This document shows, in pieces, positions 41,212 to 51,315 of a stretch of 64,000 nt of DNA. This DNA comes from a bacterium (GTDB lineage: Bacteria > SZUA-182 > DTGQ01 > JAFGSM01), in the NCBI GenBank assembly GCA_049472315.1, contig JBLIRN010000003.1:1-64000 (forward strand), in the 5' to 3' direction. Every line of letters starts with the position of its first letter. Positions within the stretch are counted from its first letter, which is position 1. Both the position numbers and the translations under genes were made by a program. Under the pieces are notes generated by a model. The model was not told where the DNA came from, did not search any database, and worked only from the letters and a program-made list of their open reading frames with translations.

Positions 41212-44200
41212 ATGGAGGTTAAAAGGAGGGATTTTTTAAAGATCTCCGGGGCGAGCACCGTCGCCCTTGCTCTGAAAGAGCTGGGGTTTGACGTTGCATC
41301 GGTCCATGCCGAGGTCTCTCCTCTGAGGATCGACTATGCCAAGGAAACCACGACCATTTGTCCGTATTGCGCGGTCGGCTGCGGCATCATCATCCATTCC
41401 GTCCAGGGGAAGGTGGTCTATACGGAGGGAGACCCCGATCATCCGATCAACAAGGGTTCGTTATGCAGTAAGGGAGGTTCGGTCTATCAGCTTTCGGCCA
41501 ACAATCCCGCACGGTCCAAGAAACCACTGTACCGTGCCCCGAACAGCAGCGAGTGGAAGGAGGTCTCCTGGGACTGGGCACTGGATAAGATCGCCGAGAG
41601 GATCCACGACACCCGGGAAAAGACCTTCATGTTTAAGAACAGCAAGGGGCAGACCGTCAACCGGACGGAGGCCATCGCCTCCGTGGGCAGCGCTGCCATG
41701 GACAATGAGGAGTGCTACATCTACCGCAAGTTTCTCACTGCCCTCGGCCTCGTCTATATCGAACACCAGGCCCGTATCTGACACTCCGCTACTGTAGCGG
41801 CTCTGGCAGAGTCGTTTGGTAGAGGGGCCATGACCAACCACTGGGCGGATCTCGCGAACTGCGACGTGGTTCTGGTCATGGGAAGCAATGCAGCGGAGAA
41901 TCATCCCATTTCATTCAAGTGGGTCACCAAGGCAAAGGAACGGGGCGCAACCCTTATCAGTGTTGATCCCCGATTCACCCGGACATCGGCCAAGGCGGAT
42001 ATCTATGCCCCCTTAAGGTCGGGGTCGGATATCGCGTTCCTTGGCGGCATGATCAAGTACATCCTGGATAACAGGCTGTATTTTGACCAGTATGTCAAGC
42101 TGTACACCAATGCCTCGTTTCTCGTCAATCCCAATTTCAAGATGCCCGGGGAGAACGAGGGTCTCTTTTCCGGGTATGATCCCCAGGCACGCAAGTATGA
42201 CAAATCCACCTGGGCGTTTCAGAAGGATTCGCAGGGCATCATCAAGAAGGACCTTACCCTTCAGGACCCGAACTGCGTGTTTCAGCTTCTCAAGAAGCAC
42301 TTCTCCCGGTATGACACGGATATCGTCTCCCAGATCACCGGGACCCCGAAGGATAGTCTGATGAAGGTCTACAAGGCATATGCCACGACCGGTAAACCAG
42401 GCAAGTCGGGAACGATCATGTACGCAATGGGCTGGACCCAGCACACGGTGGGCACCCAGAACATCCGCACCATGTCCATCATCCAGTTGCTCCTCGGAAA
42501 CATCGGCATAGCGGGGGGCGGCGTGAATGCGCTACGCGGTGAGTCCAATGTGCAGGGTTCCACCGACCAGTGCCTGCTCTTCCACATACTCCCGGGATAC
42601 CTCAAGACCCCTTCGGCCTCTCTTGCCACGCTCAAGGCATACAACGAGGCATCCACCCCGACCACGAACGATCCGAAGAGCGCCAACTGGTGGGGCAACT
42701 ATCCCAAGTATTCGGTGAGCCTCCTGAAGGCATTCTTCGGGGCGAATGCGACGGCCGGAAACGATTTCGGTTATGATTGGCTGCCCAAGCTGGATGACGG
42801 GGCGAACTACTCCTGGCTAATGCTCTTTGACGCGATGGACAAGGGGAACATCAAGGGATTTTTCGCATGGGGACAGAACCCTGCCTGCAGCGGCGCCAAT
42901 GCCAACAAGGTCAGGAGGGCGATGGGGAAACTTGACTGGATGGTGAACGTGAACATCTTCGATAATGAGACCTGTTCCTTCTGGAAGGGACCGGGCATGA
43001 ACCCATCCCAGATCAAGACCGAGGTCTTTTTCCTCCCCTGCGCAGGATTCTTCGAAAAGGAGGGGAGCATCACCAACAGCGGCCGCTGGATGCAGTGGCG
43101 GTATAAGGCCGTGGAGCCGGTCGGCGAATCCCTGCCGGACGGCGAGATCATCAGCGAGTTGGCCCACAAGGTGAAGAAGTTGGTGGGAGAGAAGGGGAGC
43201 AAATACCCTGATCCTATCCTCAACATGACCTGGGACTACGGCCCCAAGAATCCGGATGGCTCCCTGAAGCACTTCGACGCCCACGAGGCCGCGAAGGAGA
43301 TCAACGGCTACTTCATGGAAGACAAGGAGATCGGCGGCACACTCTACAAGAAGGGAACGCTGGTACCCAGTTTTGCCTTCCTCCAGAGTGATGGTTCAAC
43401 CTCCTCGGGAAATTGGCTCTACTGCAACAGCTACACGGAAAAGGGCAACATGGCCGCTCGTCGCAACAACAAGGACGAGAGCGGTATCGGCCTTTACTCC
43501 GAATGGGCATGGTGCTGGCCGGTCAACAGGCGGATCATTTACAATCGCGCCTCGGTTGACGAGAAAGGTCAGCCCTGGGACAAGGAGCACCCGGTCATCT
43601 GGTGGAACGGCAGCGGATGGAAGGGCGATGTGCCCGACGGAGGCTGGCCCCCGCTGGTGAACGAGGAAAAGACCAGGTATGCATTCATTATGAAGCCCGA
43701 GGGATATGCACACATCTTCGGCCCCGGTCTTGCCGAAGGCCCCTTCCCCGAGCACTACGAACCCCTTGAATGTCCGATTGAGAAGAACCTCATTCCGGGC
43801 AACCCACTCATGATCAGCCCTACGGTGAAAATGTTCAGCACGAAGGGTGAAGGGAAAGGGCAGGATGTGTTTATGAGCTGCGATCCGCGCTATCCTCTCG
43901 TCTGCTCCACCTACCGGGTGTCCGAGCACTGGCAGACAGGGCTGATGACAAGGTGGCAGCCGTGGCTCGCCGAGCTTCAGCCGTCCATGTTCGTCGAGAT
44001 GAGCAAGGAGTTGGCGAACGATCGAGGGATCAATAACGGTGACCTGTGCACCGTCAAATCCGCCCGCGGCGAGGTGGATGCGATTGCCATCGTCACCGAC
44101 CGGTTCAAGCCGTTCACCATAGCCGGGCAGACGGTGCACCAGGTGGGTATCCCCTGGCACTACGGATGGGTCACCACCGACTTCAACAACGGGCCCAATC

Positions 44201-44310
44201 TGACCTTCGGTGACAGCGCGAATCTGCTGACTCCGACCGTCGGCGATTCCAACACCATGATCCCTGAGTCCAAGGCGTTCATGGTCAACGTGGTGCGAAA
44301 GGGGGTGTGA
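41212..44310 (+). CDS. fdnG: Selenocysteine-containing Mo/W formate dehydrogenase alpha subunit (1032 aa, Sec at codon 190)
   Basis: Tat signal KRRDFLK; CPYCAVGC...C cluster; EHQARI-UGA(41779-41781)-HSATVAALAESFGRGAMTNHW joins the two track ORFs in one frame. Confidence 0.97.
41796..41816 (+). promoter_or_regulatory. Bacterial SECIS hairpin
   Basis: AGCGGCTCT-GGC-AGAGTCGTT stem-loop starting 15 nt after the in-frame UGA, with G in the apical loop. Confidence 0.8.
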
Positions 44311-44314
44311 GTAA

Positions 44315-45097
44315 ATGGAAATGGTCGAATACAAGAAGGAAAAGGCCTTCATGCTGTATCCCGCGAAGTGCACCGCGTGCCGGTCCTGCCAGATTGCCTG
44401 CAAGAACTGGAACCAGAATGCGGCAACCAAGACGATCAACCGCGGAACCTTCGAGAATCCCCCTTCCCTGGACTATTTCAACTATACGAGGATCAAGTTC
44501 AGCGAATATCCGAATGGCGAGGATTATGGGATCAAGTGGCTTTTCACCAAGGAGCAGTGCCTCCATTGTACCGATGCCACCTGCATGATCGTATGCCCCT
44601 CCGAGGGAGCGCTCTATCGGACCCCCGAAGGGATGGTCGCGTTCAACCCTGATCGGTGCATCGGGTGCAAGTATTGCGTTATGACCTGTCCCTTTGAGGT
44701 GCCGAAGTACAACGAGGCGACCAAGACGATCAGCAAGTGCCATCTGTGTCACGACAGGGTTGCCAACGGGTTGATCCCTGCCTGTGCAAAGGCCTGCCCC
44801 ACCGGCGCCATCGCTTATGGCGACAGGGACAAGCTTATTGCGGAGGCAAAGGCGAACGGCGCCAAGTACATCTATGGGGAGAACGAACTCAAGGGCCTCC
44901 ACGCAATGTATGTGCTGGAGGATTCACCCGACAAGTACGGCCTTCCGGTCGATCCCAAGGTACCGACCTCCGTCGTGATATGGAAGAATTTCATAAAACC
45001 GCTCGTAAAGTGGGGTATCCCGCTGACCATCGTGGGGGTGCTTCTCCACTTCTGGTTGCACGGTCCCCATGTGGTTGAGGAAGGGGGTGAGAAGTAA
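44315..45097 (+). CDS. fdnH: Formate dehydrogenase Fe-S beta subunit
   Basis: Four Cys clusters (CTACRSCQIAC, CLHCTDATCMIVCP, CIGCKYCVMTCP, CHLC...CAKACP) and a C-terminal TM helix. Confidence 0.95.
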   Translation: MEMVEYKKEKAFMLYPAKCTACRSCQIACKNWNQNAATKTINRGTFENPPSLDYFNYTRIKFSEYPNGEDYGIKWLFTKEQCLHCTDATCMIVCPSEGALYRTPEGMVAFNPDRCIGCKYCVMTCPFEVPKYNEATKTISKCHLCHDRVANGLIPACAKACPTGAIAYGDRDKLIAEAKANGAKYIYGENELKGLHAMYVLEDSPDKYGLPVDPKVPTSVVIWKNFIKPLVKWGIPLTIVGVLLHFWLHGPHVVEEGGEK

Positions 45098-45729
45098 TGG
45101 CCGGAAAAGTCGTTGTCAATGCCGCAAGCGCATGGGAGAAGATCGCCCATTGGACACTGGTCACCAGTTGCGTCATCTGCATGATCACCGGGTTCGGATT
45201 CATGTTCCGCTCCCTGGACATCTTCCAGAGGATCTTCGGATTTCCCCACGGCGCGAAGACGGTCCACCATTTCTTCGGGCTCCTGTTCTTCCTCTCGTTG
45301 ATCCTTACCTTTTTAGTATGGGTCAAGGACTCCGGGTTTGAGCTCGAGGACGTCAAGTGGTTCAAGGTCCTCGGAGGCTACCTGATCCGGACGGATCAGC
45401 ACTTCGATCTCTACAAGTTCAATCCCGGCCAGAAGATCTTCTTCTGGTACACCATCTTCTTCGGACTGGTGGTATCCGTGACCGGGTACATCATGTGGAG
45501 TCCCTTTTCATGGAGCAGGGGGACCGTTCAGGTCAGCTATCCCCTCCATGCACTCTCCGCATTCATGTTCGCCCTCGGGTTCATCGGACACGGGTATCTT
45601 GCATCCTGGGCAAATCCCGGCAGCTTGAGTGTCATCACCTCGGGCCGGGTCACCAGGGCGTGGTGCGAGCATCATCGGCCGCGCTGGACCCGAAAGATGG
45701 TCAAGGAAGGGAAGCTCAAGGAGGTGTAA
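45097..45729 (+). CDS. fdnI: Formate dehydrogenase cytochrome b gamma subunit
   Basis: Four TM helices with His (IAHW, TVHH, PLHA, IGHG); KFNPGQK. Confidence 0.93.
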   Translation: MAGKVVVNAASAWEKIAHWTLVTSCVICMITGFGFMFRSLDIFQRIFGFPHGAKTVHHFFGLLFFLSLILTFLVWVKDSGFELEDVKWFKVLGGYLIRTDQHFDLYKFNPGQKIFFWYTIFFGLVVSVTGYIMWSPFSWSRGTVQVSYPLHALSAFMFALGFIGHGYLASWANPGSLSVITSGRVTRAWCEHHRPRWTRKMVKEGKLKEV

Positions 45730-45760
45730 AAAGCCTCCGGTATATAACCTGGCTTTTTAT

Positions 45761-45796
45761 GGGGCACCGGGCGTTCGCCCGGTGCCCCGTTTTTTT
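45761..45796 (+). terminator. Intrinsic terminator after fdnI
   Basis: GGGGCACCGGGC-GTTC-GCCCGGTGCCCC followed by GTTTTTTT. Confidence 0.9.
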
Positions 45797-45946
45797 GGTG
45801 CGCCCGGCTGGGCGCACACAGGGAAAATGCTGCCAAAATTACTGGCGATTCCATAGGGTGAGAGTCAATGCGATTGATAGCCTCAATGCGACTTGATAAT
45901 TCAATGGACGGTATCGAGGAACAGATTATGAATTTTATGCAGCTCT

Positions 45947-46378
45947 TTATTTTTTAATGGTTTCCATCCCTAATTCTCGTGCAATTCTTATCATATGTGC
46001 GTCATAGCTGCAGATCAGCAATTTATCATGTATAAGCTTCTTGTATATATTCGCTGTCGCCAGATGAATGCTGTCCAAAGACCTCAATCGCTTCAACTTG
46101 TCATTGTTTTTGATTTCCAATAAGATATCATTGTCAACCATTTTCTTGTTTATACCGTTGAGCAGCCTGCCAAGCATGCTATCCTTCTCACGATAAAGTT
46201 CTTTATCCTTGATAGTAAGCAAGCAATATTTATAGACATTTATCCGGCATTCTATTTCTATGATTATTGAACCTAAGAGAATATCCAGAGAATTCCAGAT
46301 ATCGATTGACAAATCGTAGCTTTCATCCTCAAAGACTATAGAAAGCAAAAAGCTGGAATCGATATAGGCGGCTCTCAT
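45947..46378 (-). CDS. PIN-domain (VapC-like) toxin
   Basis: AYIDSSFLL, IEIEC, LRSLDSIHLATA, CSYD. Confidence 0.9.
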   Translation of the reverse strand: MRAAYIDSSFLLSIVFEDESYDLSIDIWNSLDILLGSIIIEIECRINVYKYCLLTIKDKELYREKDSMLGRLLNGINKKMVDNDILLEIKNNDKLKRLRSLDSIHLATANIYKKLIHDKLLICSYDAHMIRIARELGMETIKK

Positions 46379-46674
46379 GCCCTGTCCGCCCGTGTCTTAT
46401 TGTATATTTCCTCGAGAAGCGCCCTGTTTGGCCTTCTTTCGCCTTTCACCTTCTTCAACTTGATCTTTTTCTTTGCCCTGACAATAAGGCCTGATTTTAC
46501 TTGATCCGAAAGGTAATCCTCCAGAAGATTCGATTCGGATGGCCCTCCGGTAGAGGGAATTATCTCGGCAACTATCCGGTCATGTTCGGTTACCAGTATC
46601 CGCTCGCCTGTTTTTACCAGATTGATATACTGGCTCAAGGAGTTCTTGAGATTTCTTATTCCAACGGTTTTCAT
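46375..46674 (-). CDS. Phd/YefM-family antitoxin
   Basis: VGIRNLKNSLSQYINLVKTGERILVTEHDRIVAEIIP; ATGA overlap with the toxin. Confidence 0.92.
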   Translation of the reverse strand: MKTVGIRNLKNSLSQYINLVKTGERILVTEHDRIVAEIIPSTGGPSESNLLEDYLSDQVKSGLIVRAKKKIKLKKVKGERRPNRALLEEIYNKTRADRA

Positions 46675-46680
46675 GACCTT

Positions 46681-46709
46681 ATTATAGCCACAATGGCCAT
46701 TTTAGTCAA
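46681..46709 (-). promoter_or_regulatory. Near-consensus sigma70 promoter, predicted leaderless TA mRNA
   Basis: TTGACT-N17-TATAAT, then 6 nt, then ATG; no SD. Confidence 0.8.
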
Positions 46710-46761
46710 ACGACATCTTGCGAAATATTTGAATCAGAATGGCGATGAGGGCGGGATACAG

Positions 46762-48162
46762 TCAATCCGAAAGGGCATGGCCTCCGACCACGATCTGCTT
46801 GATCCTGAGGGTGGGCTGGGCGTCGGATACCGGGGCCGCCTGGCCGTCCTTGCCGCAGGTGCCCACCTGGTAGCCCAGGTCGTCGCCGACCATGTCGATG
46901 TTCTGGAGGACCTTCGGCCCATTGCCGATAAGGGTCGCCCCGCGGACAGGGCGGGTAACCCTTCCCTTTTCGATGAGGTACCCCTCGTTGATCTCGAACA
47001 CGAAATCCCCGCTTACCGTATCCACCTGGCCGCCCCCCATCTTTTTCACCAGGAGGCCCTTCCGGGTTGCGGCGATGATCTCCCCGGGAGGGGTGGTGCC
47101 CGGGGCGATGAAGGTGTTGCTCATTCGGGGAATGGGCACATGCTGGTAGGATTCCCGCCTGCCGTTTCCGGTGGAGGATGCCCCCCCCTTGAGGGCGGTG
47201 AGGCGATCGTAGAGATATCCCTTCAGCACGCCCCGTTCCACCAGCACCGTCCTCTGGGCGGGAATGCCCTCGTCATCGTAGTAATAGGACCCTCGCCTCC
47301 CCTGAAGGGTTGCATCGTCGATAACGGTTATCAGCGACGAGGCGACCTTATCCCCAATGCGGTTCGCAAATACCGACAGGCCCTTCTGAACCAGGTCCGC
47401 TTCCAGGCCGTGCCCGATGGCCTCATGGATCATGGTGCCCCCCGCTTCAGAAGAGATCACCACCGGCATCGGCCCGCTGGGTGCATGATCGGCATCCAGC
47501 ATGGTGATGGCCCTTTGTGCGGCCATTGTGGCGATCTGCTCCGGGGTATGATCATTTTCAAGGAGTTCCATCCCCATCTTCCCCCCGATGGCCTCATACC
47601 CGGTTTGTATGTCGCCCTTCTTCGCCGCCACCACCTGGACGAGAAAGATGATGCCCGGACGTGCCTCCTCGATCCTTTCCCCGTGGGAATTGATCAGGAA
47701 TGTCTCTTGAATGCTGTCGGCATAGACGACCTTCACCTGCTTGATGAGCCCCGGGTCAACGAGCCGTGCCGTCCGGTCTGCGCGGCGCACCAGATCGGAC
47801 TTGAAATTCGCGCCAATCCCGTCAAAGGGCTTTTCGACCGAAAAGGGAGGGGCAATGATTGGAGAGCGCAGGTTGATGGCCACGTCATCCCCGGGAGCAT
47901 CGAGTGTGCAGGTGAGGGATTCAGCCATGCGCCTGAGGGAGGGCTCGGAGACGTCGTTCGAGTAGGCATAGGAGGTCTTCAACCCGTGGATTATCCTGAG
48001 CCCGACACCGAGATCAATGCCGGTGTTGATCTTCTCGATTCGATGGTCCTCACAGCTTATCAGGGATGAGATCTTTCGCTCGAAAAAGATCTCCGCAAGA
48101 TCGATCCCCCTCCTTGTAAGCAGGGGAAGGGTGGCCGAAAGATGGGATGGAACATCACGCAT
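46762..48162 (-). CDS. tldD: TldD-family metalloprotease
   Basis: HEAIGHGLEAD, STGNGRRESY, PRMSNT, CGKDGQ. Confidence 0.95.
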   Translation of the reverse strand: MRDVPSHLSATLPLLTRRGIDLAEIFFERKISSLISCEDHRIEKINTGIDLGVGLRIIHGLKTSYAYSNDVSEPSLRRMAESLTCTLDAPGDDVAINLRSPIIAPPFSVEKPFDGIGANFKSDLVRRADRTARLVDPGLIKQVKVVYADSIQETFLINSHGERIEEARPGIIFLVQVVAAKKGDIQTGYEAIGGKMGMELLENDHTPEQIATMAAQRAITMLDADHAPSGPMPVVISSEAGGTMIHEAIGHGLEADLVQKGLSVFANRIGDKVASSLITVIDDATLQGRRGSYYYDDEGIPAQRTVLVERGVLKGYLYDRLTALKGGASSTGNGRRESYQHVPIPRMSNTFIAPGTTPPGEIIAATRKGLLVKKMGGGQVDTVSGDFVFEINEGYLIEKGRVTRPVRGATLIGNGPKVLQNIDMVGDDLGYQVGTCGKDGQAAPVSDAQPTLRIKQIVVGGHALSD

Positions 48163-48180
48163 AACCGTCTGGGACCCCCA

Positions 48181-49026
48181 TTATTCGCGGATGGCGCGAT
48201 AAGGGGCGTCGATGAGCCACACGTACCCCCTCGCACAAAACGCGATCCTTGTGCCGTCAGGTGACCACTCGGGGTCGTATCCGTCAAGGGCAAACACGAT
48301 GGAATCCCTCTTGACCAGGGAATAGATACGAATACCGCCGTGCGAATATATCACGGAGTACCCGTCGGGCGCAAACGATCCCTTCGTTCCGGGCCCTATG
48401 GGAGTAAGCTCGCCGGTTGCACGGTTGAGGAGTGCCAGGGTGAAGAGGACCAGTTGCGGCTCCCACAACTCCACCAGGATAGTCGCCCCGTCCGGCGAAA
48501 AGGCAAGGGGTGTCCCTTCATTGAGGAGTTTTTCCCCGGATGAGCCGTCGATGCTCATAAGCCATATCCCCTGGTTTCTGAACACCAGGGATCTGCCATC
48601 GGGGCTCCAGCAGGGGTGGGTGCCCTCAGGCGAGATGAGTGAATGGGCGTTTGATCCGCGGTCCCATATCCGGATGCCCTGGTGATCATAGGCGATTGTA
48701 TTCCCATTCGGGGACCACCGCGGGTGGGACCCGGCCTGAATCACCTGGTGCGGCTCCTTCTCCTCGGGGGCCATGATCCATATGCCGCCGCCATCCTCGA
48801 ACACGAGGTGTGTTCCATCCGGAGACCAATGAGGGGATGCCCCCGGGCAGATACGATCGACGGATATCCTGGCACCCTCCTGGGAATAATTGATGAGGAG
48901 CGCAGGGCGGTATCGCGCGCACCCGGTCATGCCGATCAGGAGACCTGCAACAATACACAACATCCCCCATGCAAAGGGAGGACGCACCTGCGGGCCGGGG
49001 GAAAGGGCGTGCCTCGTGCTATCCAT
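48181..49026 (-). CDS. TolB-like PD40/WD40 beta-propeller lipoprotein
   Basis: Repeated P-x-WSPDG units; hydrophobic stretch ending MTGC lipobox. Confidence 0.85.
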   Translation of the reverse strand: MDSTRHALSPGPQVRPPFAWGMLCIVAGLLIGMTGCARYRPALLINYSQEGARISVDRICPGASPHWSPDGTHLVFEDGGGIWIMAPEEKEPHQVIQAGSHPRWSPNGNTIAYDHQGIRIWDRGSNAHSLISPEGTHPCWSPDGRSLVFRNQGIWLMSIDGSSGEKLLNEGTPLAFSPDGATILVELWEPQLVLFTLALLNRATGELTPIGPGTKGSFAPDGYSVIYSHGGIRIYSLVKRDSIVFALDGYDPEWSPDGTRIAFCARGYVWLIDAPYRAIRE

Positions 49027-49276
49027 GCGCCCCCTGCGTTTTCCTTTCCAGGACCACCAGGCCGATCTCATCCGCCAGGTGCCTAAGCAATTCCTCGAGA
49101 TCCAACGACTGTTCCACTGTGCTGAGAAGTTCAAGAACACCCTTTTCCTTGTCCACGGTCCTCACCACGGCGAGTCCGTCATACCCTTCGAAGATCCCGT
49201 TCACATACCAGATCCAGCACGCTTCGGATTGAACACGGACCGTAAGGTCGCTATTTTTCGGCGATTGTCTCGTCAA
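49019..49276 (-). CDS. DUF4911-like small protein
   Basis: IFEGYDGLAVVRTVDKEKGVLEL pattern. Confidence 0.7.
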   Translation of the reverse strand: MTRQSPKNSDLTVRVQSEACWIWYVNGIFEGYDGLAVVRTVDKEKGVLELLSTVEQSLDLEELLRHLADEIGLVVLERKTQGAHG

Positions 49277-50249
49277 TCTTCATCCCGAAATGGCGGCCCG
49301 CCTTCTCGATGGACACCAGCACCGTATCGCCGGGCTTCAACTCCACCACGGAAACGGCGGAACCCTCCGGAGTGGTAAGCCGGATGGTCTCGGCATTCTG
49401 GAGGATCGTAGAGATGGTTTTTCCCTCGTATTCCGCCTCGATCAGGAGGAGGGGCCTCTTTTCGATCTTGACCCTGCCGGTGATTCCCACGCTGGTTTCA
49501 CCCTTTGCATTGACGATAAGCACCTCATCCCCCGATTTCAGCTCGGAGAGATAGCGGGTGCGGTTGCCCACCGTTTTGATGTATGCGTGGACCGGGCCTG
49601 CATTGACCCTGAAGGGGCGGGGTTCGACATACGGATTGGGAAGGGATTCCGAATGCACCAGAAACAGCGCCGCGCTGCTGTTGCCGATGAGCATGCCCTC
49701 GCCGGGAACCATGTTCGTACAGGTATCGATGCACACGCGGTCACCCATGCCCAGCGGCTTCACCTGGGTGACCACCGCCTCCTGGAGGGGGACGTGCTCG
49801 TAGCCCCGTTTTATGCACCCGATGATCCGTTTCACCTCCTGCCAGTCCCGTGTCGTGGTGAGCACCCCATCCACCCCCTTTTCGAGGATGGTGAGCGCGG
49901 TACGTGCCTCTTCAACGGTTGTCACCTCGACGATGAGCCCCTCGGTCTGCGCGATGAGATTCTCAAGGGGGATGATGGTCCAGTCTGTGGTCCGGACAAT
50001 GACCATCTTGTCCCGGGCCTTTTTGGCAATGGCGTCCTCGTCCGCCTTGCCCTTGATCTCCCATTCGACGATATCCCGGCCGATGCCGAGGTCTCCCTCC
50101 TGCGGGGCGATGGTCTGTATCCTCCCCAGTTGCTTCACCTTCGCCACATCCGTATCCTCGACATACACCGCATCCGCACCGTTCTCCAGCGCCGTGGTTA
50201 TCAGGTGCTTGTCCCAGGGGACTGCCTTGACCCATACCTTTTTATCCAT
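49251..50249 (-). CDS. 3-dehydroquinate synthase II (archaeal-type AroB')
   Basis: [42 protein letters not shown]. Confidence 0.95.
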   Translation of the reverse strand: MDKKVWVKAVPWDKHLITTALENGADAVYVEDTDVAKVKQLGRIQTIAPQEGDLGIGRDIVEWEIKGKADEDAIAKKARDKMVIVRTTDWTIIPLENLIAQTEGLIVEVTTVEEARTALTILEKGVDGVLTTTRDWQEVKRIIGCIKRGYEHVPLQEAVVTQVKPLGMGDRVCIDTCTNMVPGEGMLIGNSSAALFLVHSESLPNPYVEPRPFRVNAGPVHAYIKTVGNRTRYLSELKSGDEVLIVNAKGETSVGITGRVKIEKRPLLLIEAEYEGKTISTILQNAETIRLTTPEGSAVSVVELKPGDTVLVSIEKAGRHFGMKIDETIAEK

Positions 50250-51045
50250 CGTTTCCCTCGAGGTAGTCAAGGGCCTGCTGTACCGACCAGTCATGGTGCA
50301 CCATCTGGCTGATGGCCCAGACCAGCCTTTTGGGCTCCCTGTGTTGAAATGCGTTTCTTCCGATGGAGACACCCGCACTCCCTGCCTCCAGCGAGCCCTT
50401 GACCATCTCCATCACCTGCTGATCGGTCTCCATTTTTTCACCGCCGGCGATGACCACCGGTACGAAACATCCGTTCACCACCTCGGCGAAGGATTCCGGC
50501 GATCCCGTATAGGCTACCTTGACGATATCAGCTCCCAGCTCCGCGCCCACCCGGGCCGCATGCTTTACCACCTTGGGATCGTATTCGTTTTTCACCTTTT
50601 TCCCCCGGGTATACATCATGGCCACCAGCGGCATGCCCCAGTCGCGGGTGGTCTTCGCCACAGAGCCGAGGTCCTTGAGCATGACCTTCTCGTCATCGGA
50701 CCCGATGTTTATATGGATGGACACGGCGTCGGCACCCAGCCTTATGGCCTCTTCCACCGTGCACACAAGGACCTTCGAATTCGGGTCCGGGGCAAGGACC
50801 GTGCTTCCGGATAGATGTATGATGAGGCCGACATCCGCACCCTGACCACGATGGCCGGACTCGACGATCCCCTTGTGAATGATGATGGCGTTTGCGCCGC
50901 CTGCGGCCACCTGACCGACCGTTTCCTTCATATCGATCAGCCCGGGTATGGGACCGAGGGTGATGCCGTGATCCATCGGTACGATGACCGTTCTCTTTGA
51001 ATTGCGATTCATGATCCTTTCAAGGCGGATCTGTTTCCCGATCAT
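50242..51045 (-). CDS. 2-amino-3,7-dideoxy-D-threo-hept-6-ulosonate synthase (AroA', class I aldolase)
   Basis: [15 protein letters not shown] Schiff-base Lys, IAGG, GRNAFQH; overlaps DHQ synthase II. Confidence 0.9.
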   Translation of the reverse strand: MIGKQIRLERIMNRNSKRTVIVPMDHGITLGPIPGLIDMKETVGQVAAGGANAIIIHKGIVESGHRGQGADVGLIIHLSGSTVLAPDPNSKVLVCTVEEAIRLGADAVSIHINIGSDDEKVMLKDLGSVAKTTRDWGMPLVAMMYTRGKKVKNEYDPKVVKHAARVGAELGADIVKVAYTGSPESFAEVVNGCFVPVVIAGGEKMETDQQVMEMVKGSLEAGSAGVSIGRNAFQHREPKRLVWAISQMVHHDWSVQQALDYLEGNDG

Positions 51046-51315
51046 CTCGCTACCTCCAAAAACGTCGCATGGACGCACATGGTGTATGTTCGGCATGCCT
51101 GCATAACAAGTATATCCGGCTCATTTTATTCGAATGACAAGGCCCTGTCAAACAAGGGGATGCCGGGCCGACAATTCCGATTGTGATATTGCATCAGCCT
51201 AATGATTCAGAATCGGAACTGCTATTGCTATGCGCCTGGTGAGGCCTCGCAAAAAAATGCCGGCGATAGTGCCTTTGGCAGGATGGCGATCGTGCGCCGG
51301 AAACGGAAGGGGATA

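Noticed and set aside
41167..41781. Separate 204-aa ORF or fdnG pseudogene
   Set aside because: The stop is the in-frame Sec UGA with a SECIS; it is one gene
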